From: an uncultured Bacilli bacterium
GTDB lineage: Bacteria > Bacillota_I > Bacilli_A > RF39 > UBA660
Direction of reading: 5' to 3'
Length of the DNA: 64,000 nucleotides
Assembly (NCBI GenBank): GCA_934141145.1
Contig: CAKPCA010000002.1
Span: 3,701 to 67,700 of the forward strand
In this document: positions 23,700 to 33,409 of the stretch, in pieces
How the letters are laid out: every line of letters begins with the position of its first letter
Numbering within the stretch: position 1 is the stretch's first letter
Translations under genes and position numbers: made by a program
Notes under the pieces: generated by a model
What the model saw: only the letters and a program-made list of their open reading frames with translations
Told to the model about the DNA's origin: nothing
The model's database searches: none

Positions 23700-24293
23700 T
23701 TATTTTAAAGTAGTACCTTTTATTATATAAAATCCTTTATCTTTAGTTATTATTTCAAAGTTATATATATCACTCATGTCCTTTATAAGCGACTTAGCTC
23801 CCTGGTCTTTTCTTATTACTATCCAAAGTTCACCATTTTCATTTAAATAATTAGCTGCTCCTTTTATTATTTCATAAACTTTTGCTTTACCTGCATGTAT
23901 TGGCGGATTAGTTATTATCATATCGTATTTATTTTTTATATTTTCATACACATCACTAATAAATACATTTGCATTATCTATTCTGTTTTTTAACAATGAT
24001 TTTTTTACCAAATTGACTGCTTTTTCATTAACATCAATCATATCCACAGCATAATTTTTATTTTGTTTTGAAATAAATATACCAATAGGTCCACATCCGC
24101 ATCCAACATCTAAAAACGATGTTTTATCAGTTAATTCTATACTTTCAAGTAAAACTCTTGTTCCATAATCAAGGCCTTTTTTATTAAAAACACCATTATC
24201 TGTATAAAAAATAAATTCAGTATCTTTTACTTTAGCATTAATCTCTTTTATATCTTCTTTTAAGTTTTTATTATTTGTAAAATAATGTTCCAT
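23700..24293 (-). CDS. Class I SAM-dependent methyltransferase (YbxB/RsmC-like)
   Basis: Motif I DVGCGCGPIG and motif IV NPPIH; same rplL-MTase-rpoB position as B. subtilis ybxB. Confidence 0.7.
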   Translation of the reverse strand: MEHYFTNNKNLKEDIKEINAKVKDTEFIFYTDNGVFNKKGLDYGTRVLLESIELTDKTSFLDVGCGCGPIGIFISKQNKNYAVDMIDVNEKAVNLVKKSLLKNRIDNANVFISDVYENIKNKYDMIITNPPIHAGKAKVYEIIKGAANYLNENGELWIVIRKDQGAKSLIKDMSDIYNFEIITKDKGFYIIKGTTLK

Positions 24294-24359
24294 TCCTCTT
24301 CACCAAATATATAATATCATATATAAAGAAAAAAACATAGATTTCTCTATGTTTTAAAC

Positions 24360-24725
24360 TTAAGCTATTTCTACAGAAGCTCCTGCTTCTTCTAATTTAG
24401 CTTTGATTTCTTCTGCTTCTTCTTTAGAAATGTTTTCTTTTACTGCACCACCATTATCAGCGATATCTTTAGCTTCTTTTAATCCTAAACCAGTGATATC
24501 TCTTATAACTTTGATAACAGGTATTTTAGTTGCTCCAGCACTTGTTAAGTTAACAGTTACTGAAGTTGGTCCTTCTTCAGCTGCTGCTGCAGGAGCTGCT
24601 GCTACTGCAACTGCACTTGGATCTACACCAAATTCTTCTTTCATTGCGTCTACTAATTCTTTAATTTCTAATATTGTCATTTCTTTTAATGAAGCGATAA
24701 AATCGTCTTTGTTTAATTTAGCCAT
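24360..24725 (-). CDS. rplL: 50S ribosomal protein L7/L12
   Basis: 121 aa, Ala-rich hinge, conserved C-terminal domain. Confidence 0.9.
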   Translation of the reverse strand: MAKLNKDDFIASLKEMTILEIKELVDAMKEEFGVDPSAVAVAAAPAAAAEEGPTSVTVNLTSAGATKIPVIKVIRDITGLGLKEAKDIADNGGAVKENISKEEAEEIKAKLEEAGASVEIA

Positions 24726-24757
24726 TTTAAATTCCTCCTAATTTTTTTATTTTTTAA

Positions 24758-25255
24758 TTATTCACTTTTTTGTTCGCTAAGTAAATTTAAAGCGATTGAT
24801 AAATCTCTGACAGTACCTATTAATCCACCAGCAAGCATAGTTAGTAATCCTTCTCTTGATGGTATTGTTGATAATGCTTTTATTTCATCTAAGCTTGTAA
24901 CATTTCCATCAACTATTCCGCCTTTAATTTCTAAAGCTGGATGTTCTTTAGCAAAATTACTTAATGCTTTGATTGGAGCAATTGCATCACTTGAGAATGC
25001 TATTGCGCTTGGACCTTCTAAGGCTTCATCAAGATTATATTCTAGACTATTTAAAGCTCTTTTAGTTAATGTGTTTTTCCAAACTTTGTAACTAGAATCA
25101 CTTTCACGAAGTAATCTACGAAGTTCTGTAGTTTCTTCAGCAGTTAGTCCACGGTAATCGAATAATATGAATGATGCACTTGATTTTGCAACTTCTGTAA
25201 TTTCATCAACAACTTGTGACTTATTATCGATTATTTTTTGATTAGCCATATTCAT
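24758..25255 (-). CDS. rplJ: 50S ribosomal protein L10
   Basis: 165 aa, conserved L10; upstream of rplL. Confidence 0.9.
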   Translation of the reverse strand: MNMANQKIIDNKSQVVDEITEVAKSSASFILFDYRGLTAEETTELRRLLRESDSSYKVWKNTLTKRALNSLEYNLDEALEGPSAIAFSSDAIAPIKALSNFAKEHPALEIKGGIVDGNVTSLDEIKALSTIPSREGLLTMLAGGLIGTVRDLSIALNLLSEQKSE

Positions 25256-25412
25256 CCTCCTATCAATTTATATCAAAAAAGTCCTTGTACTAAAGACAAA
25301 GACTTAAAATAAGTATTAAGTAATTGTCCTCGGTAAGAAATATTAAGCTTTCGCTCTTACTGTCTTAGGTACATAAAAACTTTTTGATAAACTAATTATA
25401 TATTATTATTTA
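25256..25412 (-). promoter_or_regulatory. Probable L10 (rplJ) leader / autoregulatory RNA element
   Basis: 157-nt untranslated spacer between rplA and rplJ, the location of the Firmicute L10-leader; contains GC-richer paired segments (CCUAAGACAGUAAGAGCGAAAGC...CUUACCGAGGACA) in an otherwise AT-rich spacer; not modelled. Confidence 0.35.
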
Positions 25413-26111
25413 TTATTTGTCAAAACTATTTAAATCAATTTTAATTCCAGGACCCATTGTAGATGCTACTGAAACGCTTTTTAAGTATTGACCTTTAACT
25501 GTAGATGGTTTTGATTTGATAATTACACCAACAAAAGCATCTAAGTTTTCAACTAACTTGTTAACATCAAATGATGCTTTACCAATAATAGCATGAATAT
25601 TTCCATAAGTATCTGTTCTATATTCAACTCTACCTTTTTTGATATCATCTATTGCTTTTTTAACATCAGTTGTTACTGTTCCAGTTTTAGGATTTGGCAT
25701 TAAACCTCTTGGGCCTAAAATTTTACCAAGTTTACCTAAAAGTGGCATCATTTCTGGTGTTGCAATGATAACATCAAAATCAAGCCAGTTTTCTTTTTCT
25801 ATTTTTTCAAGCATATCAACATCACCAACAAAATCAGCACCAGCTTCTTTTGCTACTTTTGCTTGGTCAGTTTTTGATAAAACTAATATTTTTTTAGATT
25901 TACCAGTACCATTAGGTAATACAATAGCTCCTCTTAATTGTTGATCAGATTTTCTTGTATCAAGATTAAGTTTTATTGCTACTTCAACTGAACCATCAAA
26001 ATTTGATGTACTAGTTTTTTTAACTAAATCGCATGCTTCTTCTTTAGTATATAATTTACCTTTTTCAATTAATTCTAAAGCTTGTAAATACTTTTTGCTT
26101 TTCTTTTTCAT
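25413..26111 (-). CDS. rplA: 50S ribosomal protein L1
   Basis: 232 aa conserved L1. Confidence 0.9.
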   Translation of the reverse strand: MKKKSKKYLQALELIEKGKLYTKEEACDLVKKTSTSNFDGSVEVAIKLNLDTRKSDQQLRGAIVLPNGTGKSKKILVLSKTDQAKVAKEAGADFVGDVDMLEKIEKENWLDFDVIIATPEMMPLLGKLGKILGPRGLMPNPKTGTVTTDVKKAIDDIKKGRVEYRTDTYGNIHAIIGKASFDVNKLVENLDAFVGVIIKSKPSTVKGQYLKSVSVASTMGPGIKIDLNSFDK

Positions 26112-26181
26112 TTAAAATACCTCCTTTGTGGTTTTAACGGATTTTCCTCCCACATAGGTAAAACCTATATGTAATAAATTC

Positions 26182-26607
26182 CTAATCTTTAATTTCAACA
26201 CCCATATTTCGTGCTGTACCTTCAATTATTTTCATTGCTTCTTCAACAGTATATGCATTTAAATCAGGTAATTTTGTTGCTGCTATTTCTTGTAATTGTG
26301 CTCTTGTTATTGAACCAGCAATTTCTTTTGAGCCTTTACTTGATGCAGATTTTATACCAGCTGCTTTCTTAATTAAGAATGCTGCAGGTGGAGTTTTTAC
26401 CTTAAAATCAAATGATCTGTCGTCATAAACAAATACCTCTACTGGTAAAACATCGCCCATTTTATCTTTAGTTGCATCATTAAATCTGTTACAAAAATCT
26501 GGTAATGCTATTCCAGCAGGTCCTAATGCTGTACCAACGGGTGGAGCAGCTGTTGCTTTTCCAGCAGGAATTTGAAGTTTAATCTTTTTTACTATTTCTT
26601 TTGCCAC
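26182..26607 (-). CDS. rplK: 50S ribosomal protein L11
   Basis: Conserved KLQIPAGKA...PPVG; GTG start at 26607 preceded by AGGAGGTG (6-nt spacer) gives [12 protein letters not shown]; the track's MFFV extension is rejected. Confidence 0.9.
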   Translation of the reverse strand: MAKEIVKKIKLQIPAGKATAAPPVGTALGPAGIALPDFCNRFNDATKDKMGDVLPVEVFVYDDRSFDFKVKTPPAAFLIKKAAGIKSASSKGSKEIAGSITRAQLQEIAATKLPDLNAYTVEEAMKIIEGTARNMGVEIKD

Positions 26608-26739
26608 GAAAAACACCTCCTATTAATTTTTTTTCGTGAGTGGTCAAATGGTCTATATATTGCCTCCCACTTTCATCTATATATAAAAATACATAGTTGC
26701 GTGAATATATTAACACTTTTTTTATTAAAAATCAAGACA

Positions 26740-27279
26740 TTATTGATCTAATTCTAATTGAACTAAATCTACTTCTACTATTGTTTCTTGACCAAATAAA
26801 TCAATGCTAACTTTTGCTTTACCTGTTTCTAGATCAATTTCAGTTATTTTACCGGCCATTAATTTAAATGGACCATCAGTTATCTTAACTCTATCATCAA
26901 CTTTTAAATCAACTGAAATTTCTTTTCTAGACATACCCATTGATTGAAGAATTTTATCTATTTCATGATCAAATAATGGGAATGGTTTAGCTCCTTTACC
27001 TGATGAACCTAAGAATCCTGTTACACCTGGTGTATTTCTTACTACATACCAAGCTTCATCAGTCATTATCATTTCAACAAGTACATAACCTGGGAACATT
27101 TTTTTAGTCATTTCTTTTTGTTTTCCATCTTTTATAACTACTTCTGTAGTTTCTGGAACAACTACTCTAAATATATAATCTTGCATATCCATTGATTGTA
27201 TACGCATCTCTAACTTTTCTTTTACCTTACTCTCATGACCAGAATAAGTATTAACTACATACCATTTCTTTTCTTCCAT
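26740..27279 (-). CDS. nusG: Transcription termination/antitermination factor NusG
   Basis: NGN domain and KOW motif; start at MEEKKWYVV preceded by AGAGGTG. Confidence 0.9.
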   Translation of the reverse strand: MEEKKWYVVNTYSGHESKVKEKLEMRIQSMDMQDYIFRVVVPETTEVVIKDGKQKEMTKKMFPGYVLVEMIMTDEAWYVVRNTPGVTGFLGSSGKGAKPFPLFDHEIDKILQSMGMSRKEISVDLKVDDRVKITDGPFKLMAGKITEIDLETGKAKVSIDLFGQETIVEVDLVQLELDQ

Positions 27280-27290
27280 AATTAACACCT

Positions 27291-27503
27291 CTAAAATAAA
27301 TCAGTTATTCTTTCTACAATACTTTTAAAATCAATTGTTTTTATTAATGATATAATACATTCTAATGCTACAAAGAATAATGCAAAAAACACTATAAATA
27401 CTAATGTAATAATAACATTTTTTAATAATTCTTTACCTTTACACCATCTAATTCTATCAAGTTCTTTTTTCATATCAGAAATAAATTCTTTAATCTTTCT
27501 CAT
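27291..27503 (-). CDS. secE: Preprotein translocase subunit SecE
   Basis: 70 aa, single C-terminal TM; secE-nusG adjacency. Confidence 0.75.
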   Translation of the reverse strand: MRKIKEFISDMKKELDRIRWCKGKELLKNVIITLVFIVFFALFFVALECIISLIKTIDFKSIVERITDLF

Positions 27504-27574
27504 ATAAATCTCCTTAATTCCAAAATAAAAAACACTTTTGTGTCTCTAAACATAGATTAACACAAATACATTAA

Positions 27575-28186
27575 CTAGTCAATACTATTCATATTAGATA
27601 TTTTACTTTTTATTCGACTTATTGTACCATCTATTGATTTTCTAGTAGTATTAAGCAGTAAAGCCATTTCTTGATAAGAAAAACCTTGAAGTCTTAATTC
27701 AAAAACCTCATACTCCTTATCAGTAAGTACTGATTTTATTTTATCTAACATTTCTACTTCTTCATCTAATTCTATTAAACTATCTTCTGGATTTCTATTT
27801 TTCTCATCAAATGCTATTTCCATAAGAGGTCTACCTTTTTTATCAATTGTACTATCTATAGATAATGAATCATTTAATATTTTATGTTTTTGTCTATTAA
27901 CATCTCTTACAAAAGTCATTATCTGTCTTTCTATACATATACTAGCAAAAGTAGAAAACTGTACATTTTTTTGTTCCTTATAATCATTTATAGCTTGACT
28001 AAGACCAATCATACCTTCTTGAATTAAATCATTTAATTCATACCCTTTATTCATTACATAAGGGTATAATTTTTTTGCTTTTAACTCAACAATAGATTTA
28101 TATTTATCAAAAAATATTTCTTTTGCATCTTCATTATTTTCTGAGACTAAATATAATAACTCGTAATCATTATGATCTTTATACAT
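27575..28186 (-). CDS. sigH: RNA polymerase sigma-H factor (sporulation/early stationary sigma)
   Basis: Sigma-70 regions 2 and 4; QEGMIGL...CIERQI...RQKH..LN..S.D matches B. subtilis SigH; position after mrnC-rlmB as in Bacillus. Confidence 0.75.
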   Translation of the reverse strand: MYKDHNDYELLYLVSENNEDAKEIFFDKYKSIVELKAKKLYPYVMNKGYELNDLIQEGMIGLSQAINDYKEQKNVQFSTFASICIERQIMTFVRDVNRQKHKILNDSLSIDSTIDKKGRPLMEIAFDEKNRNPEDSLIELDEEVEMLDKIKSVLTDKEYEVFELRLQGFSYQEMALLLNTTRKSIDGTISRIKSKISNMNSID

Positions 28187-28196
28187 AATATCTCTC

Positions 28197-28889
28197 CTAT
28201 TTTCTTTGTCTTACTACTTCATATATAACAATTCCTGCTGCTACTGATGCATTTAGACTATTAATTTTTCCTATTAACGGAATTTTTACTATAAAATCAC
28301 AATTTTCTCTTACTAGTTTACTTATTCCATTTCCTTCAGCACCTATTACAAAAGCAGTTTTATCAGCATATTCAATATCAGTATAATTAACAGCATCATC
28401 CATATCTGTTCCATAAACCCAGAATCCATTATCTTTAAGTTTCTTAATTGCATTTACTAAATTACTAACTTCTACAATATTTACATTGCTTAATGCTCCA
28501 GCACTTACTTTCATAACAGTAGAATTAACTTCAACACTTCTATCTTTCGGTATTATAATTGATCTTACTCCTGCAGCTTCACAAGTTCTAATAATAGCAC
28601 CAAAATTATGAGGATCTTCTAAATGATCTAATATTACAACAAAATTATCATTATAAGTACTATCAAGTTTAGAATATTTATAATCTTCTATTTCTAAGAC
28701 TATTCCTTGATGATTACCCTTATATTTGTAATCCATATCTTTCTTATCCATAATAGTCTTTCTAATATTATTATTCTCTATAAAATTTAAAATTCCCTTA
28801 TCATCGAAGTTTTTAGATAAATAAACTTTATTTATTTTTATATTATTATTTATTAATTCTTTTGCAACATTTTTACCAAATACTATCAT
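28197..28889 (-). CDS. rlmB: 23S rRNA (guanosine-2'-O)-methyltransferase RlmB (SpoU/TrmH family)
   Basis: SPOUT fold motifs; synteny with mrnC/sigH (B. subtilis yacO). Confidence 0.7.
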   Translation of the reverse strand: MIVFGKNVAKELINNNIKINKVYLSKNFDDKGILNFIENNNIRKTIMDKKDMDYKYKGNHQGIVLEIEDYKYSKLDSTYNDNFVVILDHLEDPHNFGAIIRTCEAAGVRSIIIPKDRSVEVNSTVMKVSAGALSNVNIVEVSNLVNAIKKLKDNGFWVYGTDMDDAVNYTDIEYADKTAFVIGAEGNGISKLVRENCDFIVKIPLIGKINSLNASVAAGIVIYEVVRQRK

Positions 28890-29278
28890 ATTACATTCAC
28901 TCCTATTATTATATCCATTATTTCTTTTATTCTATTTATATTATTCTTTACATATAAATAACCAAATAAACATTCTAATGCAGTCGCCCATTTATATGTA
29001 ACTATATCAACGTTTTTAGGATGTGAAAACACCTTCGCATTTCTTCCTCTTTTTACAACATCTATTTCATCTTCATATAGCATGTTATTATCTAATAAAT
29101 ATTCAATATATTTACTTTGCATTTTTGCGGATACATAATTTAATGCTTCTTTTTGAAGATTATTTACTTTTTGAATACCTAAATCAACAAAATGTTTTCT
29201 TATTTCAAGTTCATAAACCGCATCACCTAAATATGCTAAAGATAATATATTCATTTGTCTTATATCCATTTGTTTCAC
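28886..29278 (-). CDS. mrnC: Mini-ribonuclease 3 (Mini-III)
   Basis: LAYLGDAVYELEIR...KRGRNAK RNase III-like catalytic signature; 130 aa; B. subtilis yazC position. Confidence 0.75.
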   Translation of the reverse strand: MKQMDIRQMNILSLAYLGDAVYELEIRKHFVDLGIQKVNNLQKEALNYVSAKMQSKYIEYLLDNNMLYEDEIDVVKRGRNAKVFSHPKNVDIVTYKWATALECLFGYLYVKNNINRIKEIMDIIIGVNVI

Positions 29279-29323
29279 CGGTTATATAATAACACATTTT
29301 CTAAAAAAAGCAAAAAAAGAATA

Positions 29324-29617
29324 CTAATCTGGTATTCTAATTATTATTTCTCCATCTTTTGAAAATAAATATTTTTCTCTAGCATATCTTGCTACATAAT
29401 CAGGATCTTGAAGTTTTGTAACTGTACCTTTTAGTTCTTCTTCTTTCTCTTTTAATTCTGTTATTTTATTAGTAAATTCTTTTTTTTCTTTCATTTTATT
29501 ATATATTTGATATGATGTGGATCCAATATTTTGAACTAAAACCGCACCTATTACAATATATATAAGTGATATTAAAAGTATTTTTCTTTTAATTTTAGTT
29601 TTTTGCGTATTTTTCAA
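29324..29617 (-). CDS. divIC: Septum formation initiator FtsB/DivIC
   Basis: N-terminal TM, coiled coil, C-terminal DPDYVARYAREKYLFSKDGEII motif; follows yabP-yabQ as in B. subtilis. Confidence 0.6.
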   Translation of the reverse strand: MKNTQKTKIKRKILLISLIYIVIGAVLVQNIGSTSYQIYNKMKEKKEFTNKITELKEKEEELKGTVTKLQDPDYVARYAREKYLFSKDGEIIIRIPD

Positions 29618-29686
29618 AATATCTCACCACCTTCTATAATTTGAGTATATCATTACTATTTTTTTTAGTCAATTTATAATTGTAAG

Positions 29687-29950
29687 CTATCTGTCAAAAA
29701 AGTATCTAAAAAATAATACCCCAAGTATAAAACTAATAAAAAAATATATATGCAAAATTGCATTATTTATTAAAGAAATTAATATAAAATATAGAAGAAT
29801 ATGATTTAAAACAAATAAAAAACTAATTATTATTTTAAATATACTATTACCTGTCATTAAGTATTTATAATTTATTTTGTATGTAAATGCAAAAAAGATT
29901 CCATATAAAAAAGAAAAAGCTAAAGATTTAATCTGAGTTATTAATATCAT
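29687..29950 (-). CDS. yabQ: Spore cortex biosynthesis protein YabQ
   Basis: 87-aa polytopic membrane protein translationally coupled to yabP (ATGA overlap); the yabP-yabQ-divIC order is diagnostic. Confidence 0.45.
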   Translation of the reverse strand: MILITQIKSLAFSFLYGIFFAFTYKINYKYLMTGNSIFKIIISFLFVLNHILLYFILISLINNAILHIYFFISFILGVLFFRYFFDR

Positions 29951-30234
29951 CTAAATAATTTTGTAAATACAGAGGACTCTTTCTTAGAATTTTCATCTAT
30001 ATAACTTAATGCATCTATTCTTCCTTTTATAGTAACATTACCTTGATATGTATCAAGTTTCACTACTTCTAAATTTTCTCCTTTTATATTCATATACCCT
30101 TGTACAGTTTCTATTAAAAATTCTTCGTTATCAAAACTATCTATTTTTACTACACCAGATATTATTATATTTTTTCTTTCTGATACTGAAAATGAATGAC
30201 TTAAATTCGTGCTTACTTCCTTTATCTTATCCAT
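29947..30234 (-). CDS. yabP: Sporulation protein YabP
   Basis: 95 aa; similar to YabP family (beta-rich, GENLEVVKLD...GRIDAL); synteny. Confidence 0.65.
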   Translation of the reverse strand: MDKIKEVSTNLSHSFSVSERKNIIISGVVKIDSFDNEEFLIETVQGYMNIKGENLEVVKLDTYQGNVTIKGRIDALSYIDENSKKESSVFTKLFR

Positions 30235-30349
30235 ATATATCCTCCCGTTACTAATATATATGCATTTATTAATTTTTTAGAAGTTATTTTTTCTTTTAAA
30301 TTTCTTTAAAATATAGTATAATTAAATCGTATTTGAAAGGAGTAATATT

Positions 30350-30706
30350 ATGTATTGCAAAAGATGTGGTAAAGAAACTACAAATAAAGATTGTATTTGT
30401 GATGAATGTGCTAATAAAGAAACTAAAACAGAAACTGTAACTGGTACTGTTATAAATAGTACAGCAGTAAGCTATGAACATAAGTCTAAAGTTGCAGCTG
30501 GATTACTTGGTATATTTTTAGGTAGTTTTGGTGTTCATAATTTTTACCTTGGATATACTGGTAAAGGAATTGCACAACTTCTAATTACACTTTGTACTTG
30601 CGGTATTGGTGCATCTGTTACTAGCATTTGGGGACTTATTGAAGGAATATTAATATTAACAGGTAATATTAATACAGATGCTAATGGTATTGAATTAAAA
30701 GATTAA
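30350..30706 (+). CDS. Zinc-ribbon + TM2-domain membrane protein
   Basis: CKRCG...CDEC ribbon then a TM2-like GxxxGxHxFYLG...GxxQ two-helix domain; RBS AAAGGAG; TATAAT upstream. Confidence 0.55.
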   Translation: MYCKRCGKETTNKDCICDECANKETKTETVTGTVINSTAVSYEHKSKVAAGLLGIFLGSFGVHNFYLGYTGKGIAQLLITLCTCGIGASVTSIWGLIEGILILTGNINTDANGIELKD

Positions 30707-30712
30707 AAAAAT

Positions 30713-30732
30713 AAACTTGCAGTTGCAAGTTT
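30713..30732. terminator. Bidirectional intrinsic terminator between the TM2 gene (+) and spoVG (-)
   Basis: AAACTTGC-AGTT-GCAAGTTT perfect 8-bp stem flanked by A7 and ATTTTT. Confidence 0.5.
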
Positions 30733-30994
30733 ATTTTTCTTCTTCCTTATTGTACTCTGCTAAAATAGCTTTTTCAATCATTTCTCTTCCTTCTGGTGAA
30801 ATTGGATGAACTATATCTCTATAATCTCCAGCAGCAGTCTTTCTACTTGGCATTGCTACAAATAAACCATTATCACCAGATATAATTCTAATATCATGTA
30901 TAGCAATGATATCATCTAATAATATTGAAGCAATTCCTTTCATTCTTGAATTTTCTTTTTCGATTTTTTTAACATTTACTGATGTTACTTTCAT
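30731..30994 (-). CDS. spoVG: Septation protein SpoVG
   Basis: 87 aa; IASILLDDIIAIHDIRIISGDNGLFVAMPSRKT near-identical to the SpoVG signature. Confidence 0.85.
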   Translation of the reverse strand: MKVTSVNVKKIEKENSRMKGIASILLDDIIAIHDIRIISGDNGLFVAMPSRKTAAGDYRDIVHPISPEGREMIEKAILAEYNKEEEK

Positions 30995-31059
30995 AGTACT
31001 TTCATCTCCTCCTTAGTATATGTTACCTTAATTATATAATATTTGTTTCTATTTAGCAA

Positions 31060-31488
31060 TTATTTTTCTTTAATATTTACACTATATCTGTAATCATAAT
31101 CATTTATATCAGTATTATCCACATTACAATTACCAATTTCATTTTGTCCATAGTATATAGAAACAGATGATTCATTAATATCAATTTCTTTATTATTTTT
31201 TAGATTTTTTAAATCTTCACTATTTAAATAATTATTACTTACAAGTGTCTGTAATTTAATTTCATATGGTTCACTACATGATGCACTCTTTGCTTTTTTT
31301 AATTCACTTGAATAATCCATTATATATGAATACGCGGCAGACTTTATTATTTCTTCCATTTTTTCATAACCTTTTTCTTTTGCTCTATTTGATACATTTA
31401 AAACAAGACTAATTGATATTGTACCAATCATACCCATAATTAATATAACTGCAAGTAATTCTATTAGCGTAAATCCTTTTCTTTTCAT
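31060..31488 (-). CDS. Type IV pilin / competence pseudopilin-like protein (prepilin N-terminal methylation domain)
   Basis: MKRKG|FTLIELLAVILIMGMIG: class III leader with cleavage Gly, Phe+1, Glu+5 and a hydrophobic helix; start at the internal ATG preceded by AGGTGA; no other pilus genes nearby. Confidence 0.6.
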   Translation of the reverse strand: MKRKGFTLIELLAVILIMGMIGTISISLVLNVSNRAKEKGYEKMEEIIKSAAYSYIMDYSSELKKAKSASCSEPYEIKLQTLVSNNYLNSEDLKNLKNNKEIDINESSVSIYYGQNEIGNCNVDNTDINDYDYRYSVNIKEK

Positions 31489-31530
31489 ATCATCACCTAT
31501 GATAATAGTATAACACAAAAAAAATAATAA

Positions 31531-31740
31531 TTATAGTAATTTCATAATTATTGTCTTCGTTATTACATCTGAATAAGAAAATGAATTGTTTATACCATTT
31601 ATTTCAATTATAAATGTCCTATTATATAATTTTTTTATTTTACCTTTTTCTTTTCTCTTTTTACTTCTTCCTTCATTAATTAATATTTCAACATCTTTAT
31701 CTTTATATTTACTTAGTTCCTCTTTTATCATTTCTATCAT
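31531..31740 (-). CDS. veg: Veg protein (biofilm/sporulation-associated small DNA-binding protein)
   Basis: 69 aa; GRSKKRK...FIIEINGINNSFSYSDVIT matches Veg family (RRK...FVIEL...SFERVSYSY); ksgA-yabG-veg synteny. Confidence 0.7.
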   Translation of the reverse strand: MIEMIKEELSKYKDKDVEILINEGRSKKRKEKGKIKKLYNRTFIIEINGINNSFSYSDVITKTIIMKLL

Positions 31741-31743
31741 ATC

Positions 31744-32535
31744 TCACCCTAATTTTGGATAACCAACATACATGCTACCATATGATTTTATTCCACCTAT
31801 CCCATCTTTTCCACATTTAGTTTTATTAAGTAAATCAATTATATCTAATTCTTTAGTATTTTCTGTTCTTGATATAGAAATTGCAATTATTGCAGGATCT
31901 AGTGCATATATATTTACTTTTTTAGGACTAGATGCAAAATTTGCTCCTGCTTTTATTAGTTCTTCATAATTTGATTGGCATGCTCCTGCTATAATCTTTA
32001 ATTTATCATAAGATTTCTCATAATTTCTAGCAATTTGCACTGCCTTTGCAAAATTATCACTATTTTTGTATGCTTTTTGATTTTCCGTATTTCCCTTCAA
32101 ATTATAATATGCATCATGTCCTGTAATTATGAGAATATCTGGCTTAATATCTTTTAAATATTTTAAAATATTCAAATACAAATTTTCTTCTTTTTCATAA
32201 ACACCATATGCAACTATACCTGCACTTTTATAGAATCTAAGACATCTTTGCAAATATTCATTATCACCATCAATATGAAGTATCTTACCTGGAATATAAA
32301 AATAATCATCTCTATAAGATTTTTTATCATTATTTAATTCTTCTAAAAATTTCTCTTCATTACTTCTATCTTCATTTATAGAATCTTCTTTTTTCAAATC
32401 AGATAATTCACTATCTGCACATAGTCTAATACTTATTCCACATAAATAATATATATCATCCTCTATTTTTTCTACTCTAAATAAAGTATCATTATTATAT
32501 TTATTTCTTGATACTATATCACCAACTTTTATCAT
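31744..32535 (-). CDS. yabG: Sporulation-specific protease YabG
   Basis: 263 aa; GDIVSRNKYNNDTLFRV...ILHIDGDNEYL...ITGHDAY...GACQS...AGANFASSP...ALDP closely parallels B. subtilis YabG. Confidence 0.8.
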   Translation of the reverse strand: MIKVGDIVSRNKYNNDTLFRVEKIEDDIYYLCGISIRLCADSELSDLKKEDSINEDRSNEEKFLEELNNDKKSYRDDYFYIPGKILHIDGDNEYLQRCLRFYKSAGIVAYGVYEKEENLYLNILKYLKDIKPDILIITGHDAYYNLKGNTENQKAYKNSDNFAKAVQIARNYEKSYDKLKIIAGACQSNYEELIKAGANFASSPKKVNIYALDPAIIAISISRTENTKELDIIDLLNKTKCGKDGIGGIKSYGSMYVGYPKLG

Positions 32536-32587
32536 ATCATCACCTACTTTAGTTTATGCAAAATAAAAAATGAAGTGCATTACTTCA

Positions 32588-33400
32588 TTAAAGTTCATTT
32601 GATATATTTATAAATTGGTCTATAGTTAAATGTTCTGCTCTTACATTTAAATCTAAATTATATTCTTTTAAGACATTTTCTATTTTTTCTAAATCATAAC
32701 CTTTTAAATTATTTCTTAAATTTTTTCGTTTATGAGTAAATGCATCTCTTACTAATTTAAAAAATATTTTTTCATTTTTAACATCGTATTTAGTTTCTTT
32801 TCGTTTTAATTCAATAATAACACTATCAACATTTGGTTCTGGTACAAAACATTTTCTAGATACATCCATAAGTTTATTTATATCAAAGTAATAATTTAAA
32901 AATACAGTTAATGAGTTATAGTTCTTAGTATCTGGTTTAGCATTAAATCTATCTCCTACTTCTTTTTGAACCATTACAACCATTTTATCTACATTAACAT
33001 TATCATCTATTAATTTAGTTATTATTGGTGTTGTTATATAATATGGGAGATTAGCAATTACATATAGTTTTTTATAGTTATATTTTTTTATATCTTCATT
33101 TACATTTCTATTTAAAAAATCATCATAAATAATATCTATATTATTATATTCTTTTAATTTATCTTCTAATATTGGTTTTAGAGTTGTATCTATTTCATAA
33201 CCTAACACTTTATATGCATTAGGTGCGACTGTCTTTGTTAATGCCGCTGCACCCACTCCAATTTCTATAACTAAAGTATCTTTATCTACTTCACTTTTAT
33301 TTACTATTTTATCTAGTATGTTTTGATCTTTTAAAAAGTTTTGTCCAAACTTTTTTTTAAATGTAAAATTATATTCGTCTAATAATTCTTTATCTTTCAT
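32588..33400 (-). CDS. rsmA: 16S rRNA (adenine1518/1519-N6)-dimethyltransferase
   Basis: KsgA signature FGQNFL, SAM motif EIGVG, NLPY; 270 aa. Confidence 0.9.
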   Translation of the reverse strand: MKDKELLDEYNFTFKKKFGQNFLKDQNILDKIVNKSEVDKDTLVIEIGVGAAALTKTVAPNAYKVLGYEIDTTLKPILEDKLKEYNNIDIIYDDFLNRNVNEDIKKYNYKKLYVIANLPYYITTPIITKLIDDNVNVDKMVVMVQKEVGDRFNAKPDTKNYNSLTVFLNYYFDINKLMDVSRKCFVPEPNVDSVIIELKRKETKYDVKNEKIFFKLVRDAFTHKRKNLRNNLKGYDLEKIENVLKEYNLDLNVRAEHLTIDQFINISNEL

Positions 33401-33409
33401 TTTATCACC

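Noticed and set aside
24403-25944. Plus-strand ORFs antisense to rplL (24403-24741) and rplA (25639-25944)
   Set aside because: Antisense to ribosomal protein genes; the Ala/Ser-rich translation mirrors the L7/L12 hinge codons.
29023-31969. Short ORFs 29023-29289(+), 30048-30254(+), 30296-30481(-), 31772-31969(+)
   Set aside because: Each overlaps a better-supported gene on the opposite strand (mrnC, yabP, the TM2 gene, yabG).
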